From assembly GCA_021734255.1 (NCBI GenBank), contig JAIPJM010000004.1, positions 65,345 through 129,344 of the forward strand: 64,000 nt of DNA, in the 5' to 3' direction. This document shows positions 21,235 through 32,003 of the stretch, piece after piece. The notes below the pieces were generated by a model. It was not told where the DNA came from. It saw only the letters and a program-made list of their open reading frames with translations, and ran no database searches. This DNA is from Fidelibacterota bacterium. GTDB taxonomy: Bacteria; Fidelibacterota; UBA8477; JABMPR01. The position numbers and the translations under genes are program-made. How positions within the stretch are numbered: position 1 is the stretch's first letter; the number at the start of each line of letters is the position of its first letter.

Positions 21235-23025
21235 ATGACCCTTCACATTATAGATAGTTCGATCATCGTCATTTATCTCGCAGCAGTCGTCCTGATGGGG
21301 CTTTGGCTCAGACGAAGAGCAGGAGAGGGTATGGACGCCTACTTTCTGGGAGGGCGCAGCATCCCCTGGTATGTGCTGGGTGTATCCAATGCCTCCAGCA
21401 TGTTCGATATTGCCGGTACCATGTGGCTGGTAAGCATGCTGTTTGTATACGGATTGAAAGGTACCTGGCTACCCTGGCTCTGGCCCACATTCAATCAGAT
21501 ATTCTTGATGATCTACCTGGCTGCCTGGGTGCGTAGGAGCGGGGTTGTAACCGGAGCGGAGTGGATCGGCACGCGCTTTGGGAAGGGTCGGGGAGCTGAA
21601 CTTTCCCGCATCGCCATTGTGGTCTTTGCCCTGATCTCCGTTATTAGCTTCCTCATCTATGCCTATCAAGGTGTTGGTCGATTTGCGGCAGCTTTTCTAC
21701 CCTGGGATTGGTCAGCCGATACCTATGCCATGCTGCTCATGGGAATTACAACCTTCTATGTCATTCTCGGAGGAATGTTCAGTGTGGTGATCACCGACGT
21801 TTTCCAATTTATCATGCTGACCATCGCTTCCATCTTTATCGCCATTATCGCCATGAATAACGTGGCGCCTGGAGTCCTACATGCGGTGATACCTGATGGC
21901 TGGAAGAACCTGTTCTTTGGCTACACCCTGGATCTGGATTGGTCCGGACTCATACCGTCTGTTACGGAGAAGATCAAAGCGGATGGCTACAATATGTTTA
22001 CCATCGTCTGGATGATGATGCTCTCTAAGGGGATTCTGACGAGCATGGCAGGCCCGGCTCCAAATTATGATATGCAAAGGATCCTGGCGACACGGGGGCC
22101 AAGGGATTCTGCACTCATGAGTGGAATGGTTTCAGCGGCACTCGTTCCCCGCTGGCTCATGATCGGTGGTATAGCAGTTCTGGGCCTTGCATTCTTCAGC
22201 ACTGAACTGAGAGTGATGGAAGGGGCAGCAGATTTTGAAATGCTCATGCCCTTTGTCATCCGTGAATTTTTTCCCGTAGGTGTCACCGGTCTTGTAATAG
22301 CCGGACTGTTGGCAGCCTACATGAGTACCTTCGACTCTACAGTGAACGCAGGTGCTGCCTATCTGGTAAATGATCTCTATAAGCGCTACATCGATCCGGA
22401 TGCCAGCGAGAAGAAGGTCATCTGGATGAGTTATGGAGCCAGCATTCTGATCGTGATCGTTGGTGTGGTCCTCGGGACTCAGGCAGAAAGCATCCACTCA
22501 GCCATGGGCTGGATCGTGACTGGGTTGTGGGGTGGCTTCACCATCCCGAATCTGCTGAAATGGCATTGGTGGCGCTTTAATGGGTATGGATATTTCTGGG
22601 GTATGATCTCAGGTATTGTCACCGCTATGATCTTGGCTCAGATCGTACCGGCATCGGACTACTTGTATTACTTCCCAGTGACAATGGGAGCGGGAGCCTT
22701 AGGTAGTATTGTCGGTAGCCTGTCGACCAAACCTGATGAAATGGATGATCTAAAAGCATTTTATACCTCCGTACGTCCCTGGGGCTTCTGGGGTCCTGTG
22801 GCCACGGAAGTGAAAAGAGAACAACCACAGTTTGAAACAGGTGCTTCTGCCTTTCGGGATCTTAGTAATGTGGCAATAGGCATTATCTGGCAGATGTCTC
22901 TGGTTGTTGCACCTGTATACCTCATCATTCGTGAATGGTACGCCATGGGGATTGCCTTGGCGATCGCTGTGGGTACGAGCTACTGGCTGAAGACACGCTG
23001 GTACGACCAGCTGACCAATGATTGA
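21235..23025 (+). CDS. Sodium:solute symporter family transporter (second copy), likely oligosaccharide uptake feeding the phosphorylase.
   Basis: Polytopic membrane protein with SSF-like N-terminus (YFLGGRSIPWYVLGVSNASSMFDIAGTMWLVS). Immediately upstream of the GH94 phosphorylase. Confidence 0.75.
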   Translation: MTLHIIDSSIIVIYLAAVVLMGLWLRRRAGEGMDAYFLGGRSIPWYVLGVSNASSMFDIAGTMWLVSMLFVYGLKGTWLPWLWPTFNQIFLMIYLAAWVRRSGVVTGAEWIGTRFGKGRGAELSRIAIVVFALISVISFLIYAYQGVGRFAAAFLPWDWSADTYAMLLMGITTFYVILGGMFSVVITDVFQFIMLTIASIFIAIIAMNNVAPGVLHAVIPDGWKNLFFGYTLDLDWSGLIPSVTEKIKADGYNMFTIVWMMMLSKGILTSMAGPAPNYDMQRILATRGPRDSALMSGMVSAALVPRWLMIGGIAVLGLAFFSTELRVMEGAADFEMLMPFVIREFFPVGVTGLVIAGLLAAYMSTFDSTVNAGAAYLVNDLYKRYIDPDASEKKVIWMSYGASILIVIVGVVLGTQAESIHSAMGWIVTGLWGGFTIPNLLKWHWWRFNGYGYFWGMISGIVTAMILAQIVPASDYLYYFPVTMGAGALGSIVGSLSTKPDEMDDLKAFYTSVRPWGFWGPVATEVKREQPQFETGASAFRDLSNVAIGIIWQMSLVVAPVYLIIREWYAMGIALAIAVGTSYWLKTRWYDQLTND

Positions 23026-23043
23026 TTATTAAAGGAATAGGGT

Positions 23044-25497
23044 GTGAAATACGGTTATTTCGACGACGACCGACGTGAATATGTGATCACTGATCCAAAA
23101 ACTCCATGGCCCTGGATCAACTATCTGGGTAACCAGGATTTTTTCCGCTTGATCTCAAATACAGGTGGAGGATATGTATTTTACCAGGATGCCAAGCTTC
23201 GCAGGATCACCCGGTATCGTTACAACAATGTCCCTCTCGACCAAACCGGAACATATTTTTATATCAAAGACGGTGAATATATCTGGAATCCAGGTTGGCA
23301 ACCCACGCAAGCAAAGCTGGAGAATTATTCATGTCGTCACGGTCTCGGATATTCAATTCTAAGCGGTACGAGGAGGGGGGTCCAGGCCGAGGTGACACAC
23401 GTGGTGCCCCTGGAATTCACTGGAGAGGTCCAGCGTATCTCATTAAAGAATGTTGGTAAGACACCCAAGAAGCTGGATCTGTTTAGCTATGTGGAGTGGG
23501 CACTTTGGGATGCCCAGGATGATGCCACTAATTTTCAACGCAATCTGTCTACTGGGGAAGTGGAAGTAGACGGACGAATCATTTACCACAAGACCGAATA
23601 CCGGGAGCGTCGCAACCATTACGCCTTTTATGCCTGCAGCGACCATCAGGATGGCTTTGACACCGACAGAGAGGCATTTCTGGGCCTGTACAATGGATTG
23701 AATGCACCTGACGTAGTTACGCGGGGGAAAGCCAGTAATTCGATCGCCCATGGCTGGTCACCCATCGCTTCACATCATTTATGCGTTGATCTTTTTCCTG
23801 GTGAATCCCGGGACATCATGTTTGTCTTAGGCTACGCTGAGAATCCTCCAGATGCCAAATGGGAGAAGCCAGGTGTTTTGAATAAGGACAGAGCAAAATC
23901 GATGCACCACCAGTTCAAACACACTCAGCAGGTGGATAAGGCACTTGTCGACCTGCGCGCTCACTGGTCGGAGCTATTGGATAATTACCAGGTGAGTGGT
24001 CTGGATGACAAGCTTGAACGCATGGTTAATATCTGGAATCAATATCAATGCATGATCACCTTTAACCTGTCGCGCAGCGCCTCCTATTTTGAAAGTGGTA
24101 TTGGCAGGGGAATGGGCTTTCGTGATTCCAATCAGGATGTTTTAGGGTTTGTCCATCAGCTCCCGGAGAGAGCCAGGGAACGCATCCTGGATCTTGCTGC
24201 TACGCAGCTGCGGGATGGGGGAGCCTTTCACCAGTATCAACCCTTGACCAAAAGAGGAAATGATGACGTGGGAAGCGGCTTTAACGATGACCCGCTCTGG
24301 CTCATCCTCTCAGTAACTGAGTATCTCAAGGAAACCGGTGATCTACCCCTCCTGGATGAGCGTGTAGATTTCGAAAATGAACCTGAATTGGCAGCACCTT
24401 TATCAGAGCACTTAAAACGCTCATTTGACCATGTGATCAATAACCTTGGTCCGCACGGATTGCCGCTTATCGGTCGGGCAGATTGGAACGACTGCCTGAA
24501 CCTGAACTGTTTCTCCGACATTCCTGGGGAACCCTTCCAGACCACTCAGAATAAGGAAGGTGGTGCTGCGGAGTCAGTATTTATAGCTGGCATGTTCGTG
24601 GCCTATGGTAGCGAATATGCCCGTATTTGTGAATTGACGGGTAATAATTCTGAGGCACAGCGCGCCAGAAATGCGATCGAAAAAATGAGGGCAGCAGTCA
24701 ATGAACATGGTTGGGATGGGAGATGGTTTTTGAGAGCCTATGACCATTTTGGTGAAAAAGTTGGCAGCAGTACAAACAAAGAGGGTAAGATATTTATAGA
24801 ACCCCAGGGTATGTGTATCATGGCCGGCATCGGACTTGAGGATGGAAGAGCGCTGCAGTCCCTGGAATCAGTACAGAGTCAGTTGGAGTGCGAACATGGG
24901 ATCGTCCTGAATCAGCCTGCCTACACGAGCTATCACTTGAATCTGGGAGAGATCTCAACCTACCCACCTGGTTATAAAGAGAATGCCGGGATCTTCTGCC
25001 ACAACAATCCCTGGATAACCATTGCAGAAACGCGACTGGGCCGGGGAAGTAGAGCCTTTGAGACCTATGCCAGAATTGCACCTGCCTATCTGGAAGATGC
25101 ATCGGATATGCATCGGATGGAGCCCTACGTATACTCCCAGATGATCGCAGGAAAAGATGCAGCGAGACCGGGAGAAGCAAAGAATTCATGGCTGACTGGT
25201 ACAGCATCCTGGAATTTCTATGCCATCAGCCGCTTCATTCTGGGGATACAACCCGATTATGATGGACTCATCATCGATCCCTGTATCCCTGCAGGCTGGA
25301 GCAATTACACCGTGGAAAGAAACTTCCGTGGAGCCAGGTACAGCATTACGATCAGTAATCCCGATCATATTGAAAAGGGAGATATATCTCTGACGGTAAA
25401 TGGTGGATCTATCCCTGGGAATACCATCCCGATCCAGAAATCTGGAACATCGAACAGGGTTATAGCCACAATGATCAAAAAGGGTAAATCAAAATGA
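23044..25497 (+). CDS. GH94 glycoside phosphorylase (cellobiose/laminaribiose phosphorylase family).
   Basis: N-terminus [30 protein letters not shown] is near-diagnostic for GH94 cellobiose phosphorylase-like enzymes. Length 817 aa, cytoplasmic. Confidence 0.85.
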   Translation: MKYGYFDDDRREYVITDPKTPWPWINYLGNQDFFRLISNTGGGYVFYQDAKLRRITRYRYNNVPLDQTGTYFYIKDGEYIWNPGWQPTQAKLENYSCRHGLGYSILSGTRRGVQAEVTHVVPLEFTGEVQRISLKNVGKTPKKLDLFSYVEWALWDAQDDATNFQRNLSTGEVEVDGRIIYHKTEYRERRNHYAFYACSDHQDGFDTDREAFLGLYNGLNAPDVVTRGKASNSIAHGWSPIASHHLCVDLFPGESRDIMFVLGYAENPPDAKWEKPGVLNKDRAKSMHHQFKHTQQVDKALVDLRAHWSELLDNYQVSGLDDKLERMVNIWNQYQCMITFNLSRSASYFESGIGRGMGFRDSNQDVLGFVHQLPERARERILDLAATQLRDGGAFHQYQPLTKRGNDDVGSGFNDDPLWLILSVTEYLKETGDLPLLDERVDFENEPELAAPLSEHLKRSFDHVINNLGPHGLPLIGRADWNDCLNLNCFSDIPGEPFQTTQNKEGGAAESVFIAGMFVAYGSEYARICELTGNNSEAQRARNAIEKMRAAVNEHGWDGRWFLRAYDHFGEKVGSSTNKEGKIFIEPQGMCIMAGIGLEDGRALQSLESVQSQLECEHGIVLNQPAYTSYHLNLGEISTYPPGYKENAGIFCHNNPWITIAETRLGRGSRAFETYARIAPAYLEDASDMHRMEPYVYSQMIAGKDAARPGEAKNSWLTGTASWNFYAISRFILGIQPDYDGLIIDPCIPAGWSNYTVERNFRGARYSITISNPDHIEKGDISLTVNGGSIPGNTIPIQKSGTSNRVIATMIKKGKSK

Positions 25498-27179
25498 GAA
25501 AAATTTTATTAGCTGCACTGATCCTGTTGTCGATCCTGGGATTGGTCTTGTCATGTAATCCAGGCATGCAGGCTGACTCATATCCAATGAACACGATCCA
25601 TGTGAACCAGTTGGGCTATTTGCCCGATGGCTACAAATCAGCAGTTGTTATCGGAAGTTCCAACACCTTCACCATTGTCAGCTGTGAAAGCAAAGCAGTA
25701 GTATTCAGGGGTGATCTCAGTGAACCCCAATATTGGGAAGCATCCGGAGAAACTGTGCGACTGGCTGATTTTACCGAATTTAATACCCCTGGTATCTACC
25801 GTGTGAATGTTGGTGGTGGTCGATCCCACCGTTTTGAAATAGATCGCCAGGTTTTTTCTGAGTTGGCGGCGGCAAGCGTAAAAGCGTTCTATTTCCACCG
25901 GGCTGGCGTAGGCCTGGAAGAGAAATATGCTGGCATCTATAGCAGAAATCCAGGACACACAGATACCGCTGTCGGCATTCATGCCAGTGCAGCGTCAGAA
26001 TCGAGACCGGAAGGCACCATTATTTCCTCTGCAAAAGGTTGGTACGATGCAGGTGACTATAACAAATATATCGTCAATTCAGCGATCACCGTTTCAAGCA
26101 TGATGAGTGCTTATGAACACTATCCAGAGATCGCTGGCGGACTGGACCTGAACATTCCAGAAAGTGGTGATCAAACCCCTGATCTGCTGGATGAGATCCG
26201 CTGGAATCTGGAGTGGATGCTCACCATGCAGGACCCAAACGACGGTGGGGTCTATCACAAATTGACCAGTAAGAACTTCAGCGGCATGATCATGCCTGAG
26301 GAGGATACATCAGAGCGCTGGATAGTAATGAAAACCACACCGGCTGCCTTGGACTTTGCCGCTTCCATGGCACAGGCCAGTCGAGTTTATAAGCCTTTTG
26401 ATGGGGCATTTTCGGAGCGGTGTTTGACAGCAGCGTTTGGAGCCTGGGAATGGGCTCAGGGCAATATGGATATCCACTACAGTCAACCCGAGGACATTCA
26501 CACGGGCGCTTATGCTCAGCCTGGAGCTTCCTTTGAGGATGAAAAATTTTGGGCAGCCACCGAGCTGATGATCACCACAGATGAAACATATGATGCAGTG
26601 CTGCCGCAGCCCCTTAAGGTGCCAGAATGGCGAGATGGAGCCGCACTTGCTGCCATGAATCTTTTGCATAAGCAATCTGACGATGGTGTGAAGCAAACAT
26701 TTTTTACTCTGGCAGACTCTCTGTTGAACGAACAGCAGATGAGTGCCTACGATGTATCCAATGCAACATTTCGCTGGGGCAGTAATAGTGATTTTCTCAA
26801 CCAGGCCATGATTCTTATTGCGGCTTATCGTTTCAGTGGGAATGAGGCATATAAAGATGCAGCCCAATCAACTTTCGACTGGGTCATGGGGAAAAATCCA
26901 ACCGGGTTTTCATTTGTGACTGGCTTCGGGGATAAGACACCCAGGCATATTCATCACCGCCCCTCAGAGGCAGATGGTATTGAGACACCGCAACCAGGCT
27001 GGGTGGCTGGTGGACCAAACCCGTGGAACCAGGAAGATTGCGGGGCCGAAGCCTACACCTCAAGCTATCCTGCACTGGCTTATATCGATCAGCTGTGTAG
27101 TTACGCCACAAATGAGATCGCCATCAACTGGAACGGTGTGCTTGTTTATGTCTCCATCGCCCTGGATGCTGAGGGCTAA
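25494..27179 (+). CDS. GH9 endoglucanase lipoprotein with N-terminal Ig-like (CelD_N) domain.
   Basis: Lipobox LVLSC. GH9 motifs [12 protein letters not shown] and [18 protein letters not shown] (H-x-R signature). Start overlaps the GH94 stop by 4 nt. Confidence 0.75.
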   Translation: MRKILLAALILLSILGLVLSCNPGMQADSYPMNTIHVNQLGYLPDGYKSAVVIGSSNTFTIVSCESKAVVFRGDLSEPQYWEASGETVRLADFTEFNTPGIYRVNVGGGRSHRFEIDRQVFSELAAASVKAFYFHRAGVGLEEKYAGIYSRNPGHTDTAVGIHASAASESRPEGTIISSAKGWYDAGDYNKYIVNSAITVSSMMSAYEHYPEIAGGLDLNIPESGDQTPDLLDEIRWNLEWMLTMQDPNDGGVYHKLTSKNFSGMIMPEEDTSERWIVMKTTPAALDFAASMAQASRVYKPFDGAFSERCLTAAFGAWEWAQGNMDIHYSQPEDIHTGAYAQPGASFEDEKFWAATELMITTDETYDAVLPQPLKVPEWRDGAALAAMNLLHKQSDDGVKQTFFTLADSLLNEQQMSAYDVSNATFRWGSNSDFLNQAMILIAAYRFSGNEAYKDAAQSTFDWVMGKNPTGFSFVTGFGDKTPRHIHHRPSEADGIETPQPGWVAGGPNPWNQEDCGAEAYTSSYPALAYIDQLCSYATNEIAINWNGVLVYVSIALDAEG

Positions 27180-27206
27180 GGAAATTATCGTTACCCGGCT
27201 TCTGTT

Positions 27207-28064
27207 TTACAGGTGGAAGTAAACCCCCAGACCGTATAGTTGGACGATCTGGTATTCCAGAGTACTGTAGGGCAAATTCCCATGGTAATACTCCATGAAG
27301 ATCATAAAGGGATTCTTCGATAGACTACCCAGTTCAATTCCAACCCCAGCTTTCACATTGGGTCGGTAGTCATTCTGTTCATCCGCTTTGACGTGCAGCC
27401 CTAATAAATAACTCAGTTTTGGGTTTGCATTAAAGGGGTGACGATACTGGTATCCCCCCTGAAATGCGGACCTTTTCCGAGTGGTATTTGGACTCACATT
27501 ATATCCGAACCCATAGTAATACTGAGAATGAGCTCTGGAATGCATGCGGGTAAGACTGAGCTGCTCATAATTGAGCACCTTCGAATTGGGCGAAAAAAAG
27601 GTGTTTCGCAGCATATAGTCATCACCCAGATGAGAGGATTGGTGGAAGAGTAGCACCCTCCAGACCGAACGGTTTGTCCGGTAATGGATCATAGCGCCGA
27701 TCCGATAGTCTGTATTCTGCAGTCCTCCCATGAGGGTTTCCCCGGAATCAACGATGCTGAACTGGGAATGCAGGCCGAATTCCAGGCCCAGCTCAATACC
27801 CTGATGCTCATCGATATCATGACGGGCAACCATCTTCTGCGTCCCGATGTTGATCGGGCTATAGACCCTTTCCTTAAGACTTCCCTGCACTTGATAGGCC
27901 AGAATGCTGGCGCTGGTCTGCGGGGCGGTGGGGTCGAAGATGGTCGTTTTGTAATAGCTCCCGGACGGCAGCCATTCCAGTGGCGAATGACCGGCAGGAT
28001 AACCAGCGCTTGGAAATATGGTTAGACTGAAAATGATGAGTAGGTTGAGACGTGAAATATTCAT
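27207..28064 (-). CDS. Hypothetical outer-membrane beta-barrel protein.
   Basis: Signal peptide, Tyr/Gly-rich amphipathic strands, C-terminal ...YGLGVYFHL. No confident family assignment. Confidence 0.4.
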   Translation of the reverse strand: MNISRLNLLIIFSLTIFPSAGYPAGHSPLEWLPSGSYYKTTIFDPTAPQTSASILAYQVQGSLKERVYSPINIGTQKMVARHDIDEHQGIELGLEFGLHSQFSIVDSGETLMGGLQNTDYRIGAMIHYRTNRSVWRVLLFHQSSHLGDDYMLRNTFFSPNSKVLNYEQLSLTRMHSRAHSQYYYGFGYNVSPNTTRKRSAFQGGYQYRHPFNANPKLSYLLGLHVKADEQNDYRPNVKAGVGIELGSLSKNPFMIFMEYYHGNLPYSTLEYQIVQLYGLGVYFHL

Positions 28065-28184
28065 CTTAGAATATAGAAAATTTTAAAGGATTCGACAGAA
28101 TTTGAGAGCTGTATATAAGATTGAGCCTGGGGGTTCGCTATCAGGGTAAACCCTATAATTACCCCCATGTGATATCAATCAACA

Positions 28185-28192
28185 GGGGGGGG
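28185..28192. repeat. Homopolymeric G8 tract about 200 bp upstream of the pilin-like gene.
   Basis: The sequence aacaGGGGGGGGtacc was read directly. Confidence 0.6.
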
Positions 28193-28393
28193 TACCAGTC
28201 CTTTATTTACCTTGTATCGATTATTTCAGACAAATATATTCACACCGAATTGAAGAGTACGGGCTGACTTTTTCTACTGAGGGAAACCTTCTCTCTGGAA
28301 CTGGAGAATGACGCCAGGAAGTAGAAATGTATTATGAAAGATCATTTTCTTCCTTCGATAGAGTATTAATAAAGTAAAAAAAGGAGAGCCGTA

Positions 28394-28780
28394 ATGGGTC
28401 AACAACAATTACTTCTGATCGTATTAGGTACCATCATTGTTGGTGTAGCCGTTGTCGTAGGTATCAACATGTTCACACAGGGCGCGGTAAACGCCGAACG
28501 TGATGCCATGATGCAGGACATCAATGCCATCGCCTCAGATGCTGCAGCATACTGGCGTAAACCAGCCGCCATGGGTGGTGGAGCAAGGGATTTTATCAAT
28601 GCAACTGATATCACGTCCTTTGGTTCAGATTCCTCCAACGCGAATGGTACATATGTCATGTCAGGTGCAACTGCTTCTCAGTTTACACTGACTGGAACCG
28701 GTGCCAATGAAGGTGTTGTTATCGAAGCTACAATTACTCAGAATGGAATTAGTGGTTCACCAACCATTACCATGCCGTAG
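28394..28780 (+). CDS. Pilin-like protein (candidate major pilin) with a non-canonical N-terminus.
   Basis: Strong RBS aaggagag 5 nt upstream. N-terminus MGQQQLLLIVLGTIIVGVAVVVGINMF is a hydrophobic alpha-1-like segment followed by a helix-forming region (AVNAERDAMMQDINAIASDAAAYW). 128 aa. First gene of the pilus operon, followed by a strong hairpin. Lacks the G/FTLIE motif. Confidence 0.45.
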   Translation: MGQQQLLLIVLGTIIVGVAVVVGINMFTQGAVNAERDAMMQDINAIASDAAAYWRKPAAMGGGARDFINATDITSFGSDSSNANGTYVMSGATASQFTLTGTGANEGVVIEATITQNGISGSPTITMP

Positions 28781-28829
28781 TAGTTTGACGTAGAACGTTT
28801 TATAGCACATATTATCCCTTAATTGCAAA

Positions 28830-28861
28830 CCGGATGGGCGTTGGTATCAACGCCCATCTGG
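28830..28861 (+). terminator. Strong 14-bp stem-loop between the pilin gene and pilC (attenuator/partial terminator).
   Basis: ccggatgggcgttg-gtat-caacgcccatctgg, 14 bp with one G-U, followed by uuucaugcuu. Typical arrangement downstream of major pilin genes. Confidence 0.5.
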
Positions 28862-28885
28862 TTTCATGCTTCATGGGAGTCCCTG

Positions 28886-30205
28886 GTGGAGCAATTTAGA
28901 TATACCGTCACAACTGTCGCGGGAAAGCAGATCAAAGGCGTTCTCGAGGCAAATAATAAGAAAGAAGCCAAAGCAGCCGCCCTCGAGTTCGCTGCCAAGC
29001 GTCGCCTTACTTTTCAGAGTATTGATAAGAAGGCAACGTTTCTTTATAAGGCCCAGAAATCTGGTCAGGAACCGACGACTGGTGAATTACAGGCTTTCTC
29101 AAAGACGGAAGTACAAGCCGCCCTTGAAAAGCTCGGATTTCGGGTACTCAGCGTTAATAAAAAGCTGCTCGATTTCAAGGGCAAAGTTCCCTCCAGCGAA
29201 GTGTCTTCCTGGATCAGGTTGTGCGCAGACCTGCTAAAAGAAAACCTGCCTTATGATGAGATCCTCACATTGCTTGGAGAAGACACGCCAAATAAACGGC
29301 TGAAAGAAACGATCAAGCAGATACAGCAGGACCTGAAAGAAGGAAAAGAAGGTAAGGAGGTCTTCGGTAAGCATGAGGATGTTTTCGGAAAATTCCCGGC
29401 CTATATGCTGGCCGTTGCTTCAACCTCTGGAAATATGCGCAGCGTCTACGAAAGTACTGCCAAATTCATGGCCCGAGACGAAGAATTTAAACGCAATCTG
29501 AGAAAGACGCTGGTTTCACCCTTCGTGACCCTGGGTGTGATCTTCCTGGTTGTTGCGTATTATGTCATGGTCATTTTCCCCGAAACTGCCACGATGTTCG
29601 AAAAATTTGGAAAGCCATTGCCCCCTATGACCGCCAAGACGATGGCATTCAGTAATTTTCTGTCAAACAACTGGATGATCATTGTAGCTGCTATTCTCAT
29701 TCCGGTTATTGGTCTGATCATCTATACGAGAACGGAGCAGGGGAAACTGTGGAAAGATAAGGTGGTGATCAGGATCCCAGTCATCGGAGAATTACTCCAC
29801 AAAACAAGTATTGAGATCTTTGCAAGAGTCTTTTACTCCCTGTATAGCGGGTCGGGGCAAAATATTGAGGTCATTAAGATCGCTTCTGAGGCTTGCAGAA
29901 ATAATTATATTGCCTATCAAATGAATAATGTGGGTATTCCCATGATGCTTGGAGAAGGTAAGGGCATTGTCGAGGCCATGGAAGCGACAGGTGTTTTTAC
30001 TAAAACCGCCATATCCAGATTTCGTTCTGGTGCAGAATCTGGAGCACTCCGTAATAATGCGCTACAGCTCGCGAATTATTATGAAACAGAAACAGGCTAC
30101 CGAATGGACCGTGTTGTTGGAGCGATTAACGGCGTTGTCACCATGGTCATCATGACGGTGATGATCGGATTAACGGTTGTTTCATCAGAAACCTCAGTCA
30201 TGTAG
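28886..30205 (+). CDS. pilC: Type IV pilus / T2SS platform protein PilC/GspF.
   Basis: Two GspF-type domains and three TM segments. N-terminal FRYTVTTVAGKQIKGVLEANNKKEAKAAAL matches the PilC N-terminal fold. The ORF-track ATG (28823) lies upstream of the hairpin. GTG 28886 with SD GGGAG 6 nt upstream is more plausible. Confidence 0.8.
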   Translation: MEQFRYTVTTVAGKQIKGVLEANNKKEAKAAALEFAAKRRLTFQSIDKKATFLYKAQKSGQEPTTGELQAFSKTEVQAALEKLGFRVLSVNKKLLDFKGKVPSSEVSSWIRLCADLLKENLPYDEILTLLGEDTPNKRLKETIKQIQQDLKEGKEGKEVFGKHEDVFGKFPAYMLAVASTSGNMRSVYESTAKFMARDEEFKRNLRKTLVSPFVTLGVIFLVVAYYVMVIFPETATMFEKFGKPLPPMTAKTMAFSNFLSNNWMIIVAAILIPVIGLIIYTRTEQGKLWKDKVVIRIPVIGELLHKTSIEIFARVFYSLYSGSGQNIEVIKIASEACRNNYIAYQMNNVGIPMMLGEGKGIVEAMEATGVFTKTAISRFRSGAESGALRNNALQLANYYETETGYRMDRVVGAINGVVTMVIMTVMIGLTVVSSETSVM

Positions 30206-30222
30206 ATTAGAAGGGTTACCTC

Positions 30223-31998
30223 ATGGCAAAAATTGGAGATATACTTGTTGCAAAAGGCGTGATCTCTCAGGAAATCCTGGAGCAAGCCTTAGAGGTTCAG
30301 CAGAATGAACCCGCAAGTAATCGCAGGCAACTGGGGAAAATATTCTACGAAGATCTTGGTGTCGACCAGCATTCTGTGCTCCATGAGTTATCACAAATAT
30401 TTGCCATCAAGGAGCTGGACGTTCATCCAGATGAATTGACAGAGGAACAGATTGCCTTCATTGATGGCTTATATGACAGTCGCTCCGATGAAGTGAGGGC
30501 AGCCATGATCCGCGCGAAAATGGTCCCTTTCAAATTAAATGGCCAGGGCAGTGAATCTGTTTTGACCATCCTGGCTGCTGATCCAACGGATCCGGATGTC
30601 GCCAGTATGGCGGAGCAACTACCCTACAGCAATTTCGAGATCGTTTACAGCAAAGTTGATAATGTGGATGCTGTTCTTAACAAGGTCCTGTCCAGCAGAA
30701 ATGATTTTCTCGGTATTTTGGATGAGATCCAGTATGACGAAGAATCGGTCATCGACGACGAAGATGATGTCGATGAAGCTGCCCTTGATGCCGAGATAAA
30801 TCAGAGTGCCTTAACTGCACTGGTAGAGGGGGTTCTCGTTGAAGCAGTGCGTCAGGGTGTTAGTGATGTCCATATTGTCCCCAGTCCAGGAAACGTTACG
30901 AACATCAATTTCCGTGTTGATGGTAAACTGGAAACATGGCATTCACAAAAAGGGGTAAAACCTGAAGCCATTGCTGCTGTTTTCAAGGATAAGACCCGTA
31001 ATGTGGATCGGTTTGAAAGAGACATGGCCCAGGATGGTTTTATCCAGCGCAAGATCGATGATCATCTCATCCGTTATCGCGTGTCACTGATCCCCATCGT
31101 TGGCTCCGAGTTTGACCGAAAGCTTGAAAGTATTGTTATTCGTATTCTGGATGACCGTAAAGTGATCACGGATCTGAATAAATTGGGGCTTCAGGAACAG
31201 GCCCTGAAAGATTTTAAAAAGTCTATCAATAAGCCCTCTGGAATTGTCATCGTTACCGGTCCTACCGGCTCTGGGAAAAGTACAACACTGGTAGCAGCGC
31301 TATATGCAGTTATAACGCCAGAGAAATGTGTGCTCACAGTCGAGGATCCAGTTGAGTACATGATCAATGGTGCCCGGCAGTTGAAGATCAGTGACAAAAT
31401 GGGTTTTGAGCAGGCGATTCGTGCGATCCTCAGACATGACCCGGATATTGTTCTCGTCGGGGAGATCCGTGACCTGAAGACGGCTGAAACAGCCATGAAA
31501 CTGGCCAATACTGGGCACCTGACATTTTCGACCCTCCATACCAATGATGCACCCAGTGCCGTTTCACGATTATATAAGATGGGCATCGAGCCCTTCCTTA
31601 TCAGCTCGTCTGTCAGTTTGATCTTGGCCCAGCGGCTGATCCGCCGGCTTTGTCCAGATTGTAAAAAACCGGCAGGACCTGAACATAAACCTGCTGCACT
31701 CGAATTAGGATTTACCGAAGAGGATCTGAAAAACCATACCATCTATGAAGCTGTCGGCTGTAATAATTGTCGGCACGGCTATAAAGGCCGCTCTGCGGTT
31801 ATGGAATCCCTTTATTTCACGCCAAAAATAAGGGAGATGATCATCACATCAGGTGACCAGATCGATGAGGAGGCGATCAAGGAGGAAGCCATTCGAAATG
31901 GCATGCTGACTCTGCGAATGTCAGGTATGGAGCGGATTAAAGAAGGGGTTACCTCCATAGAAGAGATCATTGCTGTCACTGTTGAGGATGCTGAGTAA
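30223..31998 (+). CDS. pilB: Pilus assembly ATPase PilB/GspE/MshE with N-terminal MshEN (c-di-GMP-binding) domain.
   Basis: N-terminal KIGDILVAKGVISQEILEQALEVQ matches the 24-residue MshEN motif. Walker A GPTGSGKST, His-box GHLTFSTLHTNDA, tetracysteine CPDC...CNNC. Confidence 0.85.
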   Translation: MAKIGDILVAKGVISQEILEQALEVQQNEPASNRRQLGKIFYEDLGVDQHSVLHELSQIFAIKELDVHPDELTEEQIAFIDGLYDSRSDEVRAAMIRAKMVPFKLNGQGSESVLTILAADPTDPDVASMAEQLPYSNFEIVYSKVDNVDAVLNKVLSSRNDFLGILDEIQYDEESVIDDEDDVDEAALDAEINQSALTALVEGVLVEAVRQGVSDVHIVPSPGNVTNINFRVDGKLETWHSQKGVKPEAIAAVFKDKTRNVDRFERDMAQDGFIQRKIDDHLIRYRVSLIPIVGSEFDRKLESIVIRILDDRKVITDLNKLGLQEQALKDFKKSINKPSGIVIVTGPTGSGKSTTLVAALYAVITPEKCVLTVEDPVEYMINGARQLKISDKMGFEQAIRAILRHDPDIVLVGEIRDLKTAETAMKLANTGHLTFSTLHTNDAPSAVSRLYKMGIEPFLISSSVSLILAQRLIRRLCPDCKKPAGPEHKPAALELGFTEEDLKNHTIYEAVGCNNCRHGYKGRSAVMESLYFTPKIREMIITSGDQIDEEAIKEEAIRNGMLTLRMSGMERIKEGVTSIEEIIAVTVEDAE

Positions 31999-32003
31999 GT
32001 CTG

